From Bacteroidota bacterium (lineage in GTDB: Bacteria > Bacteroidota > Bacteroidia > Flavobacteriales > JADGDT01): a stretch of DNA of 64,000 nt. The stretch lies in assembly GCA_039714315.1 (NCBI GenBank), contig JBDLJM010000003.1, positions 2,692 through 66,691 on the forward strand, read 5' to 3'. This document shows positions 55,441 to 64,000 of the stretch, in pieces. The notes beneath the pieces were generated by a model that was not told the DNA's origin, ran no database searches, and worked only from the letters and a program-made list of their open reading frames with translations. Within the stretch, counting starts at the first letter, position 1. Each line of letters opens with the position of its first letter. A program made the position numbers and the translations under genes.

Positions 55441-57951
55441 CTATATCTTATATCTTATACCGGTATATATATTTCGTCCAAACACCGGTCCCCAAACCAT
55501 AGACGCATCAAAATATTCACCAAAAGGGTTGTCGGAAGAAATAATCGGATTGCTTTGTTTAAAATCAAAGAGATTTTCAACACCTATATACAACTCCAGT
55601 TTCTCGCTATACCACGATTTACTAATCTGAGAATTTACAATGAAAAACGAAGGTGAATAATCAGGCATTCTATACTCTACCGGATTAGAAGATGTACCAG
55701 GTATTCTTTTACTGCTTTGCCAGCTTGTTGTAAAATCAAACTTCCATTTACTATTTGTAGCATAAGCAAGGTTTACAAATGCCCGATGTGGCGATAGTAA
55801 TGGTTTAGACATAAACTCAGTTTTATAATCAGTCTTAACTTCATTAAATCTGTATGCCAAACGCACATCAAACCTTTCAATAACTTCCCAGTCTGCCTGT
55901 AATTGTATTGAGTGTGAAAATGATCTTCCGTCAAGATTATAAAAGCTCAGCTCCTTTGGGCTACTATCGTAATCAACTACTATTTTATTTTCGAAATTTG
56001 TAAAAAAGTAATCGACATTTAGAGTTAAATTCCTATTATTAATTTCAATCCCTTTCGAATAGTTCAAACCATAACTCCAGGCAACTTCAGGACTTAGCCC
56101 ATAAGGATTATCGGAATCTGTAGAATTGATAATAAACCTTCGCGACGAAGCCATTGCTCCGATATTTTCGGCAAAGATACTTGCTGTTTTTTGCCCTCTA
56201 CCCATCGATAAGCGAAAAACCGATTTATCGGAAACTGCATACTTCAAGTGCAACCGTGGAGTAACAAACACTCCAAAATTATTGTGATTATCTACTCTCA
56301 GTCCCAAAACACCGGTAAACTTTTCACTCCCTTTATATGTGTATTCTGTAAAAGCGCCTACAACATTTTCTCTCCTTAAATATGTGCTGCTTTCAAAATC
56401 CTCATTATAATTATCATACATAAAGCTCAAACCTGTCTTTATCTCATGCTTTTCATTCAATGCATTTTGATAAATAAAATTTGAGTACAAGGAACTCTGT
56501 TTAGCATTGTAAATTCTAGGTCCGAAATTAGATTCCTGATTGTGTAATATCCCCGAAATTTGAATTCCAAAACTGGATTTATCATCAATTACTTTACCTA
56601 CTTTAAGCCAGGAATCTATTCGATCGGTTTTTAATGACGAATTCCAAAAAACATCACTATTCTTCTCGTAATAATTTACCTGTCCTCCTTTTTGGTTCAG
56701 GGAAAGCCCTTTTATTCCAAATTGTCCCTGCCATCCATCATGTCCGTTATATTTCCACCTGTTCAATACAATAATCTGATCGCCAAAGGGACTATCCAGA
56801 AAACCATCATTGTTCTTATCCCATTTTATAGCTCTGGTATTTCCGTGCAATAAAACAGCAGTACTTAAATTTTCATTCAGCTCAATTCTGAAATTTGCAT
56901 TTGCCTCTACTCTGCCCATTGCATTCGCATAAGCATTTAATCCTAATTTCTCTCCGGAATCAGGCTTTTTTAACTCTGTATTTATCTGGCCGGTTATACT
57001 CTCAAAGCCGTTGATTACTGAACCGGTCCCCATATTTAGTTGAATGCTTTCTATCCATGAACCAGGAGTATAAGTCAACCCGTAAAGAGCCGACAAACCA
57101 CGGGTTTCAGGCATATTCTCTCTGGTTATTTGAACATAACTTCCGGCAAGTCCCAACATTTCTATTTGTTTTGTACCACTTACCGCATCAGTTGAACTAA
57201 CTTCGACTGATGGAGTTGTTTCAAAACTTTCGGACAAATTACAACATGCAGCTTTCTGCAACTCTTCTTCGCTGATATCCTGTGTTTTTAACGTTTTCAA
57301 AAAAGATATGCTTGTTGATTCTTTCCGATAAGAAACAATTACCTCATCAAGTAATTTATTTTGAGAAAAAACAACCTCCACAAAATTTTTATCTCCAACT
57401 AAAACATCCTTGGTTTCATATCCGACAAAGCTTATTAATACTCTATCCGAATTATCTGTTCTCGGCAGTACAAATGTCCCCTGCTTACCACTTACAACAC
57501 CATCTGTTGTACCTTTCCAGATAATATTTACACCTTCTATGTATTGTTTTTTTCCATCGAAATCCGTTTCCCATACTCTACCATGTACATGATCGGAATG
57601 GTCATCGCTAATATCTTCATCGCGATAATGACAACACATTGGAAGATTTTCGTAAACCTCATCCGGAGCTTTATATTTTTCGGTATCATGTCCAATATCA
57701 GCGATTGCACGTTGAACTTCATCAACATTACTTCTATCTCCATCGATTTCGAGTGATATTTCTTTTGAATTTTCATTCCATTTGGCTGCTTCTACATAAT
57801 CAAACTCCAAAGCAGTCTCCTCTATTCTATTTTTACACATTTCGCAAGTACCATCAACTTTAAATGTAATCTTGTTTTGAGATATTATTGTACCTGAGAA
57901 TAGTAATATAATAAACAGAAAGGTGATTCTTATATTTTTTATATTTTCCAT
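55441..57951 (-). CDS. TonB-dependent receptor with N-terminal heavy-metal-associated (HMA) domain and CarboxypepD_reg domain
   Basis: 836 aa. The order is signal peptide, HMA-like domain (FKVDGTCEMCKNRIE, Cys36/Cys39), a His/Cys-rich linker (MCCHYRD...DDHSDHVHG), a CarboxypepD_reg-like domain, then plug and beta-barrel. Confidence 0.85.
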   Translation of the reverse strand: MENIKNIRITFLFIILLFSGTIISQNKITFKVDGTCEMCKNRIEETALEFDYVEAAKWNENSKEISLEIDGDRSNVDEVQRAIADIGHDTEKYKAPDEVYENLPMCCHYRDEDISDDHSDHVHGRVWETDFDGKKQYIEGVNIIWKGTTDGVVSGKQGTFVLPRTDNSDRVLISFVGYETKDVLVGDKNFVEVVFSQNKLLDEVIVSYRKESTSISFLKTLKTQDISEEELQKAACCNLSESFETTPSVEVSSTDAVSGTKQIEMLGLAGSYVQITRENMPETRGLSALYGLTYTPGSWIESIQLNMGTGSVINGFESITGQINTELKKPDSGEKLGLNAYANAMGRVEANANFRIELNENLSTAVLLHGNTRAIKWDKNNDGFLDSPFGDQIIVLNRWKYNGHDGWQGQFGIKGLSLNQKGGQVNYYEKNSDVFWNSSLKTDRIDSWLKVGKVIDDKSSFGIQISGILHNQESNFGPRIYNAKQSSLYSNFIYQNALNEKHEIKTGLSFMYDNYNEDFESSTYLRRENVVGAFTEYTYKGSEKFTGVLGLRVDNHNNFGVFVTPRLHLKYAVSDKSVFRLSMGRGQKTASIFAENIGAMASSRRFIINSTDSDNPYGLSPEVAWSYGLNYSKGIEINNRNLTLNVDYFFTNFENKIVVDYDSSPKELSFYNLDGRSFSHSIQLQADWEVIERFDVRLAYRFNEVKTDYKTEFMSKPLLSPHRAFVNLAYATNSKWKFDFTTSWQSSKRIPGTSSNPVEYRMPDYSPSFFIVNSQISKSWYSEKLELYIGVENLFDFKQSNPIISSDNPFGEYFDASMVWGPVFGRNIYTGIRYKI

Positions 57952-58045
57952 ATTTTCATAATTAATTATAAAGGCATCTAAGGTTTAGATTTCAATTAGA
58001 AATCAACGCATTAGACATCCTCAATTTTCAATAAATCCTAATTAA

Positions 58046-58369
58046 TTATGATAATTGCGGAGGGTCAAGTATCCTTGATGTTGTTGAATAGGAATATAAA
58101 TCCTTGTGAATAAAATAAGGAGTATAAGTTTCATCTTCTACTTGCTCAATAATAGTACTTAAAGATAAAACAAAGGGGGTACTACAGCAATCCTGATAAC
58201 AAAATGGAGAACAAAAATCGTGATGCTCTGTCTCTGAATTCTGATCGTGACTCATATCAGAACTACAACTGTGAATTTCATTTTGCTCCATATAACTACC
58301 TGCCTCACAATCTGAATATACAGAAAGAAAGACAACTACTACAGACAATATGTAACTCAACAGTTTCAC
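58046..58369 (-). CDS. Small Cys/His-rich membrane-anchored protein (DUF6660-like CSPFC motif)
   Basis: 107 aa with an N-terminal hydrophobic segment, then ...HSCSS...ETEHHDFCSPFCYQDCC.... The family name is from recollection. It lies upstream of, and co-directional with, the TonB receptor. Confidence 0.5.
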   Translation of the reverse strand: MKLLSYILSVVVVFLSVYSDCEAGSYMEQNEIHSCSSDMSHDQNSETEHHDFCSPFCYQDCCSTPFVLSLSTIIEQVEDETYTPYFIHKDLYSYSTTSRILDPPQLS

Positions 58370-58535
58370 GGGTGTTTAATTTTATGTTTTGGTCATCACT
58401 CTAAAGCGTGACAGGTATGTTATCCCCATAATATTCATCCCGTTTGGTCACGGCATAGCCGAGATGGAAATTTCATATTACTTTAGTAACATATGCTACA
58501 AAGTTAATTAGAATTACTCTAAATAACAAGCTGAT

Positions 58536-58574
58536 ATAAAAAAGAGAATGTTATTGCGTAACATTCTCTTTTTC
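58536..58574. terminator. Bidirectional terminator after pepT
   Basis: 12-bp stem: aagagaatgtta (58542-58553) pairs with taacattctctt (58559-58570), flanked by A- and T-runs. Confidence 0.85.
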
Positions 58575-58584
58575 AATTACTATT

Positions 58585-59811
58585 TTACTTTTCTGCTGTC
58601 AATTTTGCTATTTCAATAACAACATCTTTCGCTTTCATCATCGATTCCACAGGAACAAACTCATATCTACCATGAAAATTATGGCCTCCTGCAAATATGT
58701 TAGGACAGGGTAAGCCCATAAATGACAATCTCGCCCCATCAGTACCTCCTCTAATTGCTTTGATTATCGGTTTAACACCAAGGTTTTTCATTGCCTGCTC
58801 AGCGGTTTCAACTATATGAATGTTTGGTTCAACCTTTTCACGCATATTGTAATACTGATCTTTTAATTCCAGTACAACGGCCCCTTCTCCGTATTTATCT
58901 TTAAAATCATCAACAAGTTTGGTCATAAATACTTTCATATCTTCAAACTTCTGACGATCATGATCTCTAATAATATATTGCAGAGTTGTATCTTCTACTT
59001 CTCCATTAACACTCAACAAATGATAGAAACCTTCATATTTAGTTGTCTTTTCAGGAACTTTTTCTGCGGGCATTGCCATCATAAACTCAGCGGCTCTATT
59101 CATAGAGTTAACCATCTTGTTTAAGGCATATCCGGGATGAACTATCTTCCCTTTAAAATGTACTTTAGCTCCGGCAGCATTAAAATTCTCATATTCCAAC
59201 TCTCCTATTTCCGATCCATCCATTGTATAGGCCCATTCTGCTCCAAATTTATCCACGTCAAAAAGATCTGCTCCTCTTCCTACTTCTTCATCAGGAGTAA
59301 ATCCAATTCTTATTTTTCCGTGTTTAATAGAATCATCGGCAATCATCTCTTCCATCGCAGTAATAATTTCAGCTATACCTGCCTTATCATCTGCTCCCAA
59401 AAGAGTTGTTCCGTCAGTCGTGATCAGAGTTTGTCCCTTATAATTTAAAAGCTCCGGGAATTCAGCAGTGGTCATTTCTAACTCTAATTCTTTATTTAAA
59501 ACTACAGTTTCACCATCATAATTCTCCCGAAAAATAGGTTTTACCTGTTTCCCTGAAAAATCAGGACTGGTATCATAATGTGCGATAAACCCAATTGTTG
59601 GAACCTCTTTATCTATATTACCGGGAAGAGTTGCCATTACATATCCATTATCGTCTATACTAACATCCTCCATTCCGATACGTTTTAATTCATCGGTAAT
59701 ATAATTGGCTAAATCCCATTGTTTATCTGTACTGGGAATTTTTTCAATTTCCGGTTCTGATTGAGTATCAAAACTCACGTAGTGCAAAAATCTATTTACT
59801 AAATTATTCAT
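58585..59811 (-). CDS. pepT: Peptidase T (tripeptide aminopeptidase, M20B)
   Basis: 408 aa. The N-terminal [11 protein letters not shown], plus HYDTSPD, GADDKAG and TPDEEVG, are typical PepT motifs. Confidence 0.93.
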   Translation of the reverse strand: MNNLVNRFLHYVSFDTQSEPEIEKIPSTDKQWDLANYITDELKRIGMEDVSIDDNGYVMATLPGNIDKEVPTIGFIAHYDTSPDFSGKQVKPIFRENYDGETVVLNKELELEMTTAEFPELLNYKGQTLITTDGTTLLGADDKAGIAEIITAMEEMIADDSIKHGKIRIGFTPDEEVGRGADLFDVDKFGAEWAYTMDGSEIGELEYENFNAAGAKVHFKGKIVHPGYALNKMVNSMNRAAEFMMAMPAEKVPEKTTKYEGFYHLLSVNGEVEDTTLQYIIRDHDRQKFEDMKVFMTKLVDDFKDKYGEGAVVLELKDQYYNMREKVEPNIHIVETAEQAMKNLGVKPIIKAIRGGTDGARLSFMGLPCPNIFAGGHNFHGRYEFVPVESMMKAKDVVIEIAKLTAEK

Positions 59812-59844
59812 GTCGGTTATTTATATAAATTCCAGACAAAGGAA

Positions 59845-59881
59845 TAAAAAAAATCGCTACCAAAATACTTCGACAGCGATT
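59845..59881 (-). terminator. Probable terminator after the 470-aa ORF
   Basis: Stem aatcgct (59852-59858) pairs with agcgatt (59875-59881), followed on the minus strand by a T8 run. The loop is long (16 nt). Confidence 0.6.
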
Positions 59882-59909
59882 ATAATTACTTAATAATAAG
59901 TTAAAGTTA

Positions 59910-61322
59910 TTAAAGCTTGCCTCTTTCTATATAGCCAAATAATCTTTTGTTCTTAATCATACGAGCTACCCCCTCAGGTAATTTATCTTCCCAGCCTTCT
60001 TCATTATTTCGTATCATTTTCAATACATTTCTGGAATAAATTCCCAAAACCTCTTTGTCGTAGTCCTTAATATCAACAATTCGTTTATTTAACTTAAAAA
60101 ACTTGTACAGATCCTTAAAACGTGGATGTACCTGTATATTCTCTGAGGTTAATAAACCATCCCCCTCAATACGCTCAGGGTACAAATAAACCTTTAAATC
60201 CTTCATAAATAATTTTCCAAAGGCTTCAAGAATTCCTCCGCTCAGATCTCTGTAATATTTTTCATTAAATACTTCTACCAAATTCTTTGCCCCTAGCACT
60301 ATTCCCATTCTAGCCTTAGAAAAGGTCGAAAAATACTCTATTAACTTATAGTATTCCGAAAAATCAGAAATCATAACCGATTGTCCCAAGGAACAAAGTA
60401 AGTCGGCTCTATCCAGGAAGTCTCTCTCATTTATCTCGCCTGAAGCCATCAGATTTGACAGAGTAATTTCGGTAATTACATGTGTTTTTTCAGGATCGAC
60501 CTTCTTCTCGGCTATAAACATTTCATAACCTTTCTTTAAAATATCGGTATTTACCTTTGTTACCGGTCTGAAACTTCCTCTAATAGCCAGAATATTCTTT
60601 TTATAAAGCTGCTGTGCAGGCAATAAGTTCACTCCTTTTGGACTGAACAAAACGGCTTTAGTCATTCCATTCTTAACCAATTGAAGGCTCATCAGTCTAT
60701 TATCAACATACATAAACCTCGATCCTCTGAAGTTGATCATATCAATTTCTATTTGATCTTTTTCCAGATTATCATAAAGAGATTTCAATAATTCCTTGGG
60801 AGTGTCATTATAATAGTATGCTCCATATAAAAGATTCACTCCCATTACCCCTAAAGTTTCCTGTTGCAATCGTGTATCATTTTCATGGAAGCGCACATGG
60901 ATCATAATTTCATTATAATCTTCTAAAGGGTCTATCTGAAACTTTATTCCAAGCCATCCATGACCTTTATACTTTTTAGCCCAATCAATAGTTGTTACCG
61001 TATTGGCAAAAGTAAAAAATGTTTTTTTTGGATGTTTTTCTCTAGATAATCTTCTTTCCAAAAGATCTACTTCCCAATCCAACATACGTTCCAACCTTGC
61101 TTCGGTAACGTATCTACCATCGTTTTCAATTCCATAAATAGAATCTGAAAAATCTTTATCATAAGCAGACATTGCCTTAGCGATAGTTCCTGAAGCTCCA
61201 CCTGCTCTAAAAAAATGCCTTACAGTTTCCTGCCCCGCTCCTATCTCAGCAAATGTTCCATAAATCTTAGAATCAAGATTTATTTGCAGTGCTTTTTGCT
61301 TAGATGTTAATATCTGTTCCAT
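59910..61322 (-). CDS. Conserved hypothetical protein, function unknown
   Basis: 470-aa uninterrupted ORF with its own terminator. The N-terminal motif IYGTFAEIGAGQETVRHFFRAGGASGT looks nucleotide/phosphate-binding, but I cannot assign a family. Confidence 0.5.
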   Translation of the reverse strand: MEQILTSKQKALQINLDSKIYGTFAEIGAGQETVRHFFRAGGASGTIAKAMSAYDKDFSDSIYGIENDGRYVTEARLERMLDWEVDLLERRLSREKHPKKTFFTFANTVTTIDWAKKYKGHGWLGIKFQIDPLEDYNEIMIHVRFHENDTRLQQETLGVMGVNLLYGAYYYNDTPKELLKSLYDNLEKDQIEIDMINFRGSRFMYVDNRLMSLQLVKNGMTKAVLFSPKGVNLLPAQQLYKKNILAIRGSFRPVTKVNTDILKKGYEMFIAEKKVDPEKTHVITEITLSNLMASGEINERDFLDRADLLCSLGQSVMISDFSEYYKLIEYFSTFSKARMGIVLGAKNLVEVFNEKYYRDLSGGILEAFGKLFMKDLKVYLYPERIEGDGLLTSENIQVHPRFKDLYKFFKLNKRIVDIKDYDKEVLGIYSRNVLKMIRNNEEGWEDKLPEGVARMIKNKRLFGYIERGKL

Positions 61323-61535
61323 TTTTGTAAAATCAGAATCTTAAAATTAAATAAATATTAGATATTATTAAATTTTAATTTAAAAAAAAGCAAAAGAAAA
61401 AAGCTGAATCTACTTAAATTTCGATACAGCTTTCCATAGTTTAACCTAACCACCTATATTTTAATAATTGTTATAAAACAATTAGCTTTGTTACATAACA
61501 TAACTACTATCGAAAGTAACACATAATTTATAAAA

Positions 61536-62189
61536 ATGCAAAAAAAACACTTTTTTTATTTAAAATTATTACCATTTTTAGCCTTAACCCTAATAATTAT
61601 TAGCTCTTACCCTTATTTATTAAAATCATATGCAGACTTTTTTAGCATAAATAATTACAGTAGGGGCGCTGATGCTATACTTATTTTAGGAGGAAGTGCC
61701 GACTCAAGAGCGAAAAAAAGTGTTGAACTTTTAAATAATGATTATGCAAAGAAAATTTTAATAACCGAGCCTGCAGCTCCAATTAGAGAATACCAGGAGA
61801 TATGGGTTTCTGAGTTTGATAATTTAAGGCGAATACTGAAATATGAAAAAATACCCTATGAAGTAGTACCAAATTTTAACGGCGGTGCCAGAAGTACATT
61901 CGACGAAGCCAAAGATTTATTAAAATACTTAGAAACAACCCCACTAAAAAAAGTAATTATTGTAACAGACAGCTTTCATACCCGGAGAGCCAAATATGCC
62001 TTTGATAAAGTATTTATAGATTCTAACTGCAAAACTATCATTGAAATTGCAGGAGCCAAAAACGATATATACGATGAAACTAATTGGTGGAAAAGTGAAA
62101 GAGGATTAAATGCCTATGTCAGTGAATTTTTTAAATATATAATATACATCACAACTAACAATGGTATAGAAGGAGTAAGTGCTGAATAG
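61536..62189 (+). CDS. YdcF/DUF218 (ElyC/SanA-like) family protein
   Basis: 217 aa with an N-terminal TM helix. DAILILGG and VTDSFHTRRA motifs are typical of DUF218. Confidence 0.75.
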   Translation: MQKKHFFYLKLLPFLALTLIIISSYPYLLKSYADFFSINNYSRGADAILILGGSADSRAKKSVELLNNDYAKKILITEPAAPIREYQEIWVSEFDNLRRILKYEKIPYEVVPNFNGGARSTFDEAKDLLKYLETTPLKKVIIVTDSFHTRRAKYAFDKVFIDSNCKTIIEIAGAKNDIYDETNWWKSERGLNAYVSEFFKYIIYITTNNGIEGVSAE

Positions 62190-62276
62190 TATTTGCAAAA
62201 AAAAGTAGGAATCAAAACTCTTTAAGCTGATAATATCTCAATTATCATAATTGTTTGTAAGCTCGATATGTTGTAG

Positions 62277-62284
62277 TACTTTTG
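62277..62284 (+). promoter_or_regulatory. Bacteroidota-type -7 box (TACTTTTG)
   Basis: Exact TAnnTTTG match. It overlaps the track's TTG start at 62282, which argues for the ATG at 62303 as the true start. Confidence 0.5.
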
Positions 62285-62302
62285 CACAAATTATATAAGA
62301 AG

Positions 62303-63520
62303 ATGAAAAAAAGACTATACAGGAATCTGGTTCTTGCAGTAATTGAATCACTGGAGCATATATTTAAAGAAGAAATGTATGCTGATAAGGTAATAGAAAA
62401 AGCCTTAAAAAAAGACAGCAGATGGGGATCAAGAGATAGAGGTTTTATTGCAGAAACAGTTTATGATATAGTACGCTGGAAAAGAATTTATTCGGAAATA
62501 GCAGGGGTAAAAGAACATTATACTAACAAAAATGTTTGGAAAATGTTTGTTGTTTGGGCTACAATGAACGACTATTATCTACCGGATCAATGGCCAGAAG
62601 TAGGTAATCAAATACCCGAAAACACAATAAAAAAGACTTACAACAGGCTCCGTGAAGAAAGAAAGTTCAAAGAATCGATCCCTGACTGGTTAGATGAATT
62701 GGGTGAGAAAGAGTTAGGCGAAAAGTGGGATAATGAAATTAAGGCTTTAAACGAACAAGCTCCGGTAGTATTACGTGTTAATACACTAAAAGCTACCATT
62801 GATGAATTACAGGCTTCTCTTCAGGCAGACGGTATTGAAACAAAAAAATTAGACAATTACCCCGATGCTCTTCAGCTTATTGAAAGAAAGAATGTATTTA
62901 CATCTAATGCCTTTAAAAATGGCTTTTTCGAAATACAGGATGCTTCATCACAGCTAGTTGCTGAATTTTTGGATGTTAAACCCGGAATGAGAGTAGTTGA
63001 TGCCTGTGCCGGTGCAGGAGGAAAAACACTTCATTTATCTTCATTAATGGAAAATAAGGGATTAATAGTCTCAATGGATATTTATTCCGGCAAATTGAAG
63101 GAACTTAAAAGGAGAGCCAAGCGAAACGGAGCTCACAATATAGAAACAAGAGAAATTACATCGTCGAAAGTAATTAAAAGGATGCAGCAATCAGCTGACA
63201 GAGTTCTACTTGATGCTCCATGTTCAGGATTAGGAGTTCTGAAGAGGAACCCTGATGCCAAATGGAAATTAAAGCCGGAGTTTTTAGATGAAATTAAAAT
63301 AACTCAGGCTGATATACTTGACAGGTATAGCAAAATGGTAAAAGTTGATGGAATACTTGTTTACGCCACCTGCTCTATTCTTCCTTCGGAAAATGAAAAT
63401 CAGGTTGAAAAGTTCTTAGCTAACCATAAAAATTTCGAATTAATTAAAGACAATAAAGTTTCTCCATCCGAATCGGGTTATGACGGATTCTACATGGCCC
63501 AAATAAAAAGAATTAGCTAG
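62303..63520 (+). CDS. RsmB/NOP2/Sun-family RNA (cytosine-C5) methyltransferase
   Basis: SAM motif DACAGAGGKT and catalytic DAPCSGLGV and TCS motifs. The start is moved to the ATG at 62303 (MKKRLYRN...). Confidence 0.88.
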   Translation: MKKRLYRNLVLAVIESLEHIFKEEMYADKVIEKALKKDSRWGSRDRGFIAETVYDIVRWKRIYSEIAGVKEHYTNKNVWKMFVVWATMNDYYLPDQWPEVGNQIPENTIKKTYNRLREERKFKESIPDWLDELGEKELGEKWDNEIKALNEQAPVVLRVNTLKATIDELQASLQADGIETKKLDNYPDALQLIERKNVFTSNAFKNGFFEIQDASSQLVAEFLDVKPGMRVVDACAGAGGKTLHLSSLMENKGLIVSMDIYSGKLKELKRRAKRNGAHNIETREITSSKVIKRMQQSADRVLLDAPCSGLGVLKRNPDAKWKLKPEFLDEIKITQADILDRYSKMVKVDGILVYATCSILPSENENQVEKFLANHKNFELIKDNKVSPSESGYDGFYMAQIKRIS

Positions 63521-63541
63521 AGAAACATTATATTTTTCAAT

Positions 63542-63586
63542 AAAAAAACAGCTCAATTTATTCAAAAATTGAGCTGTTTTTTTTTG
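63542..63586. terminator. Bidirectional terminator
   Basis: 11-bp stem: acagctcaatt (63548-63558) pairs with aattgagctgt (63567-63577), flanked by an A-run and a T9 run, between convergent genes. Confidence 0.85.
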
Positions 63587-63605
63587 CTAATAAATTATTC
63601 CAACA

Positions 63606-64000
63606 CTACTCCTCTACCGGAAAATCCTTTTTCTCATAAAGAACCAAATCAACACGCAACGGTTGGTTGGGTTTTATTTGTTTATCTTCCAGGTCCAAAT
63701 CTCCATGTGCCAATCCCGAAGGAAAAATTAATATTCCCCTGCCGGGACCTTCAATATCCGATCTTGGATCATAATTAACATTGTCTGTCGGAACAATACC
63801 TGTATTGAAATGCTTTAAACCTAATCTAATACCATTAATCCTGGATTTAATTTCAAGCTCTAATGCTTCCGGATCGTCTTTTGATGAAGAAAGTTCACTA
63901 TTGTCTAATAAAAACTCCCGGTAATCAACAACCATTAAATCTTTGGCTTCACTTTCATCTTTATTTTTTCCTTCTTCAACCTTAATATAATAGGAATAAT
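63606..64000 (-). CDS. Hypothetical protein, probably a C-terminal fragment (frame stays open to the window edge)
   Basis: The track ORF starts at the Met at 63935, but the same frame has no stop up to base 64000. No family recognised. Confidence 0.4.
   Translation of the reverse strand, partial: YSYYIKVEEGKNKDESEAKDLMVVDYREFLLDNSELSSSKDDPEALELEIKSRINGIRLGLKHFNTGIVPTDNVNYDPRSDIEGPGRGILIFPSGLAHGDLDLEDKQIKPNQPLRVDLVLYEKKDFPVEE

Noticed and set aside
62282-62302. TTG start at 62282 for the RsmB-like gene
   Set aside because: A TAnnTTTG -7 box (62277-62284) overlaps it, so transcription probably begins downstream. The ATG at 62303 gives a normal N-terminus (MKKRLYRN...).
1-64000. Mobile elements, prophage, toxin-antitoxin or dedicated defence islands
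   Set aside because: No transposase, integrase, recombinase, phage structural, restriction-modification, Cas, or obvious toxin/antitoxin ORFs are recognisable in any frame. The tRNA pair has no adjacent integrase or direct-repeat att-like sequence that I could see.

Overview
This is a low-GC chromosomal segment that looks like Bacteroidota. Supporting signs are TAnnTTTG -7 promoter boxes, no obvious Shine-Dalgarno sites, a CarboxypepD_reg-type TonB-dependent receptor, DUF4494, a DPE2-like MalQ and OstA-like proteins. I call about 58 protein genes, two tandem tRNA-Leu(UAG) genes, several hairpin terminators (many at convergent gene junctions) and a few intergenic repeat families. I saw no transposase, integrase, phage, CRISPR-Cas or recognisable defence genes. 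Most of the window is housekeeping: clpB 3' end, malQ, purA, lpdA, prfB, RelA/SpoT, holA, SUI1, PBP1A, xth, ribD, pepT, an RsmB-like methyltransferase and a MacB-type ABC exporter. The best candidate for an undescribed system is the six-gene minus-strand operon at 27816-34000. It encodes an XRE-cupin regulator, a 517-aa KamA-family radical-SAM/PLP 2,3-aminomutase, 3-oxoacid CoA-transferase subunits A and B, a GSAM-like class-III aminotransferase, and a PcaF/PaaJ-type thiolase. I read this as a possible route alpha-amino acid -> beta-amino acid -> 3-oxoacid -> 3-oxoacyl-CoA -> acetyl-CoA plus a shorter acyl-CoA. If the substrate is 2-aminoadipate, the products would be 3-oxoadipate and then succinyl-CoA plus acetyl-CoA. 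The canonical lysine-fermentation genes are absent. Secondary items are: a DAACS transporter fused to a periplasmic solute-binding domain, a BASS transporter with an N-terminal lipoprotein module, a NifX-fold protein with a ~40% histidine insertion, a ThiF/E1-like plus GNAT-like gene pair flanked by a two-component system, an HMA-domain TonB receptor with a Cys/His-rich partner, and three kinds of intergenic repeat. All homology calls come from reading the ORF-track translations by eye. No searches were run.
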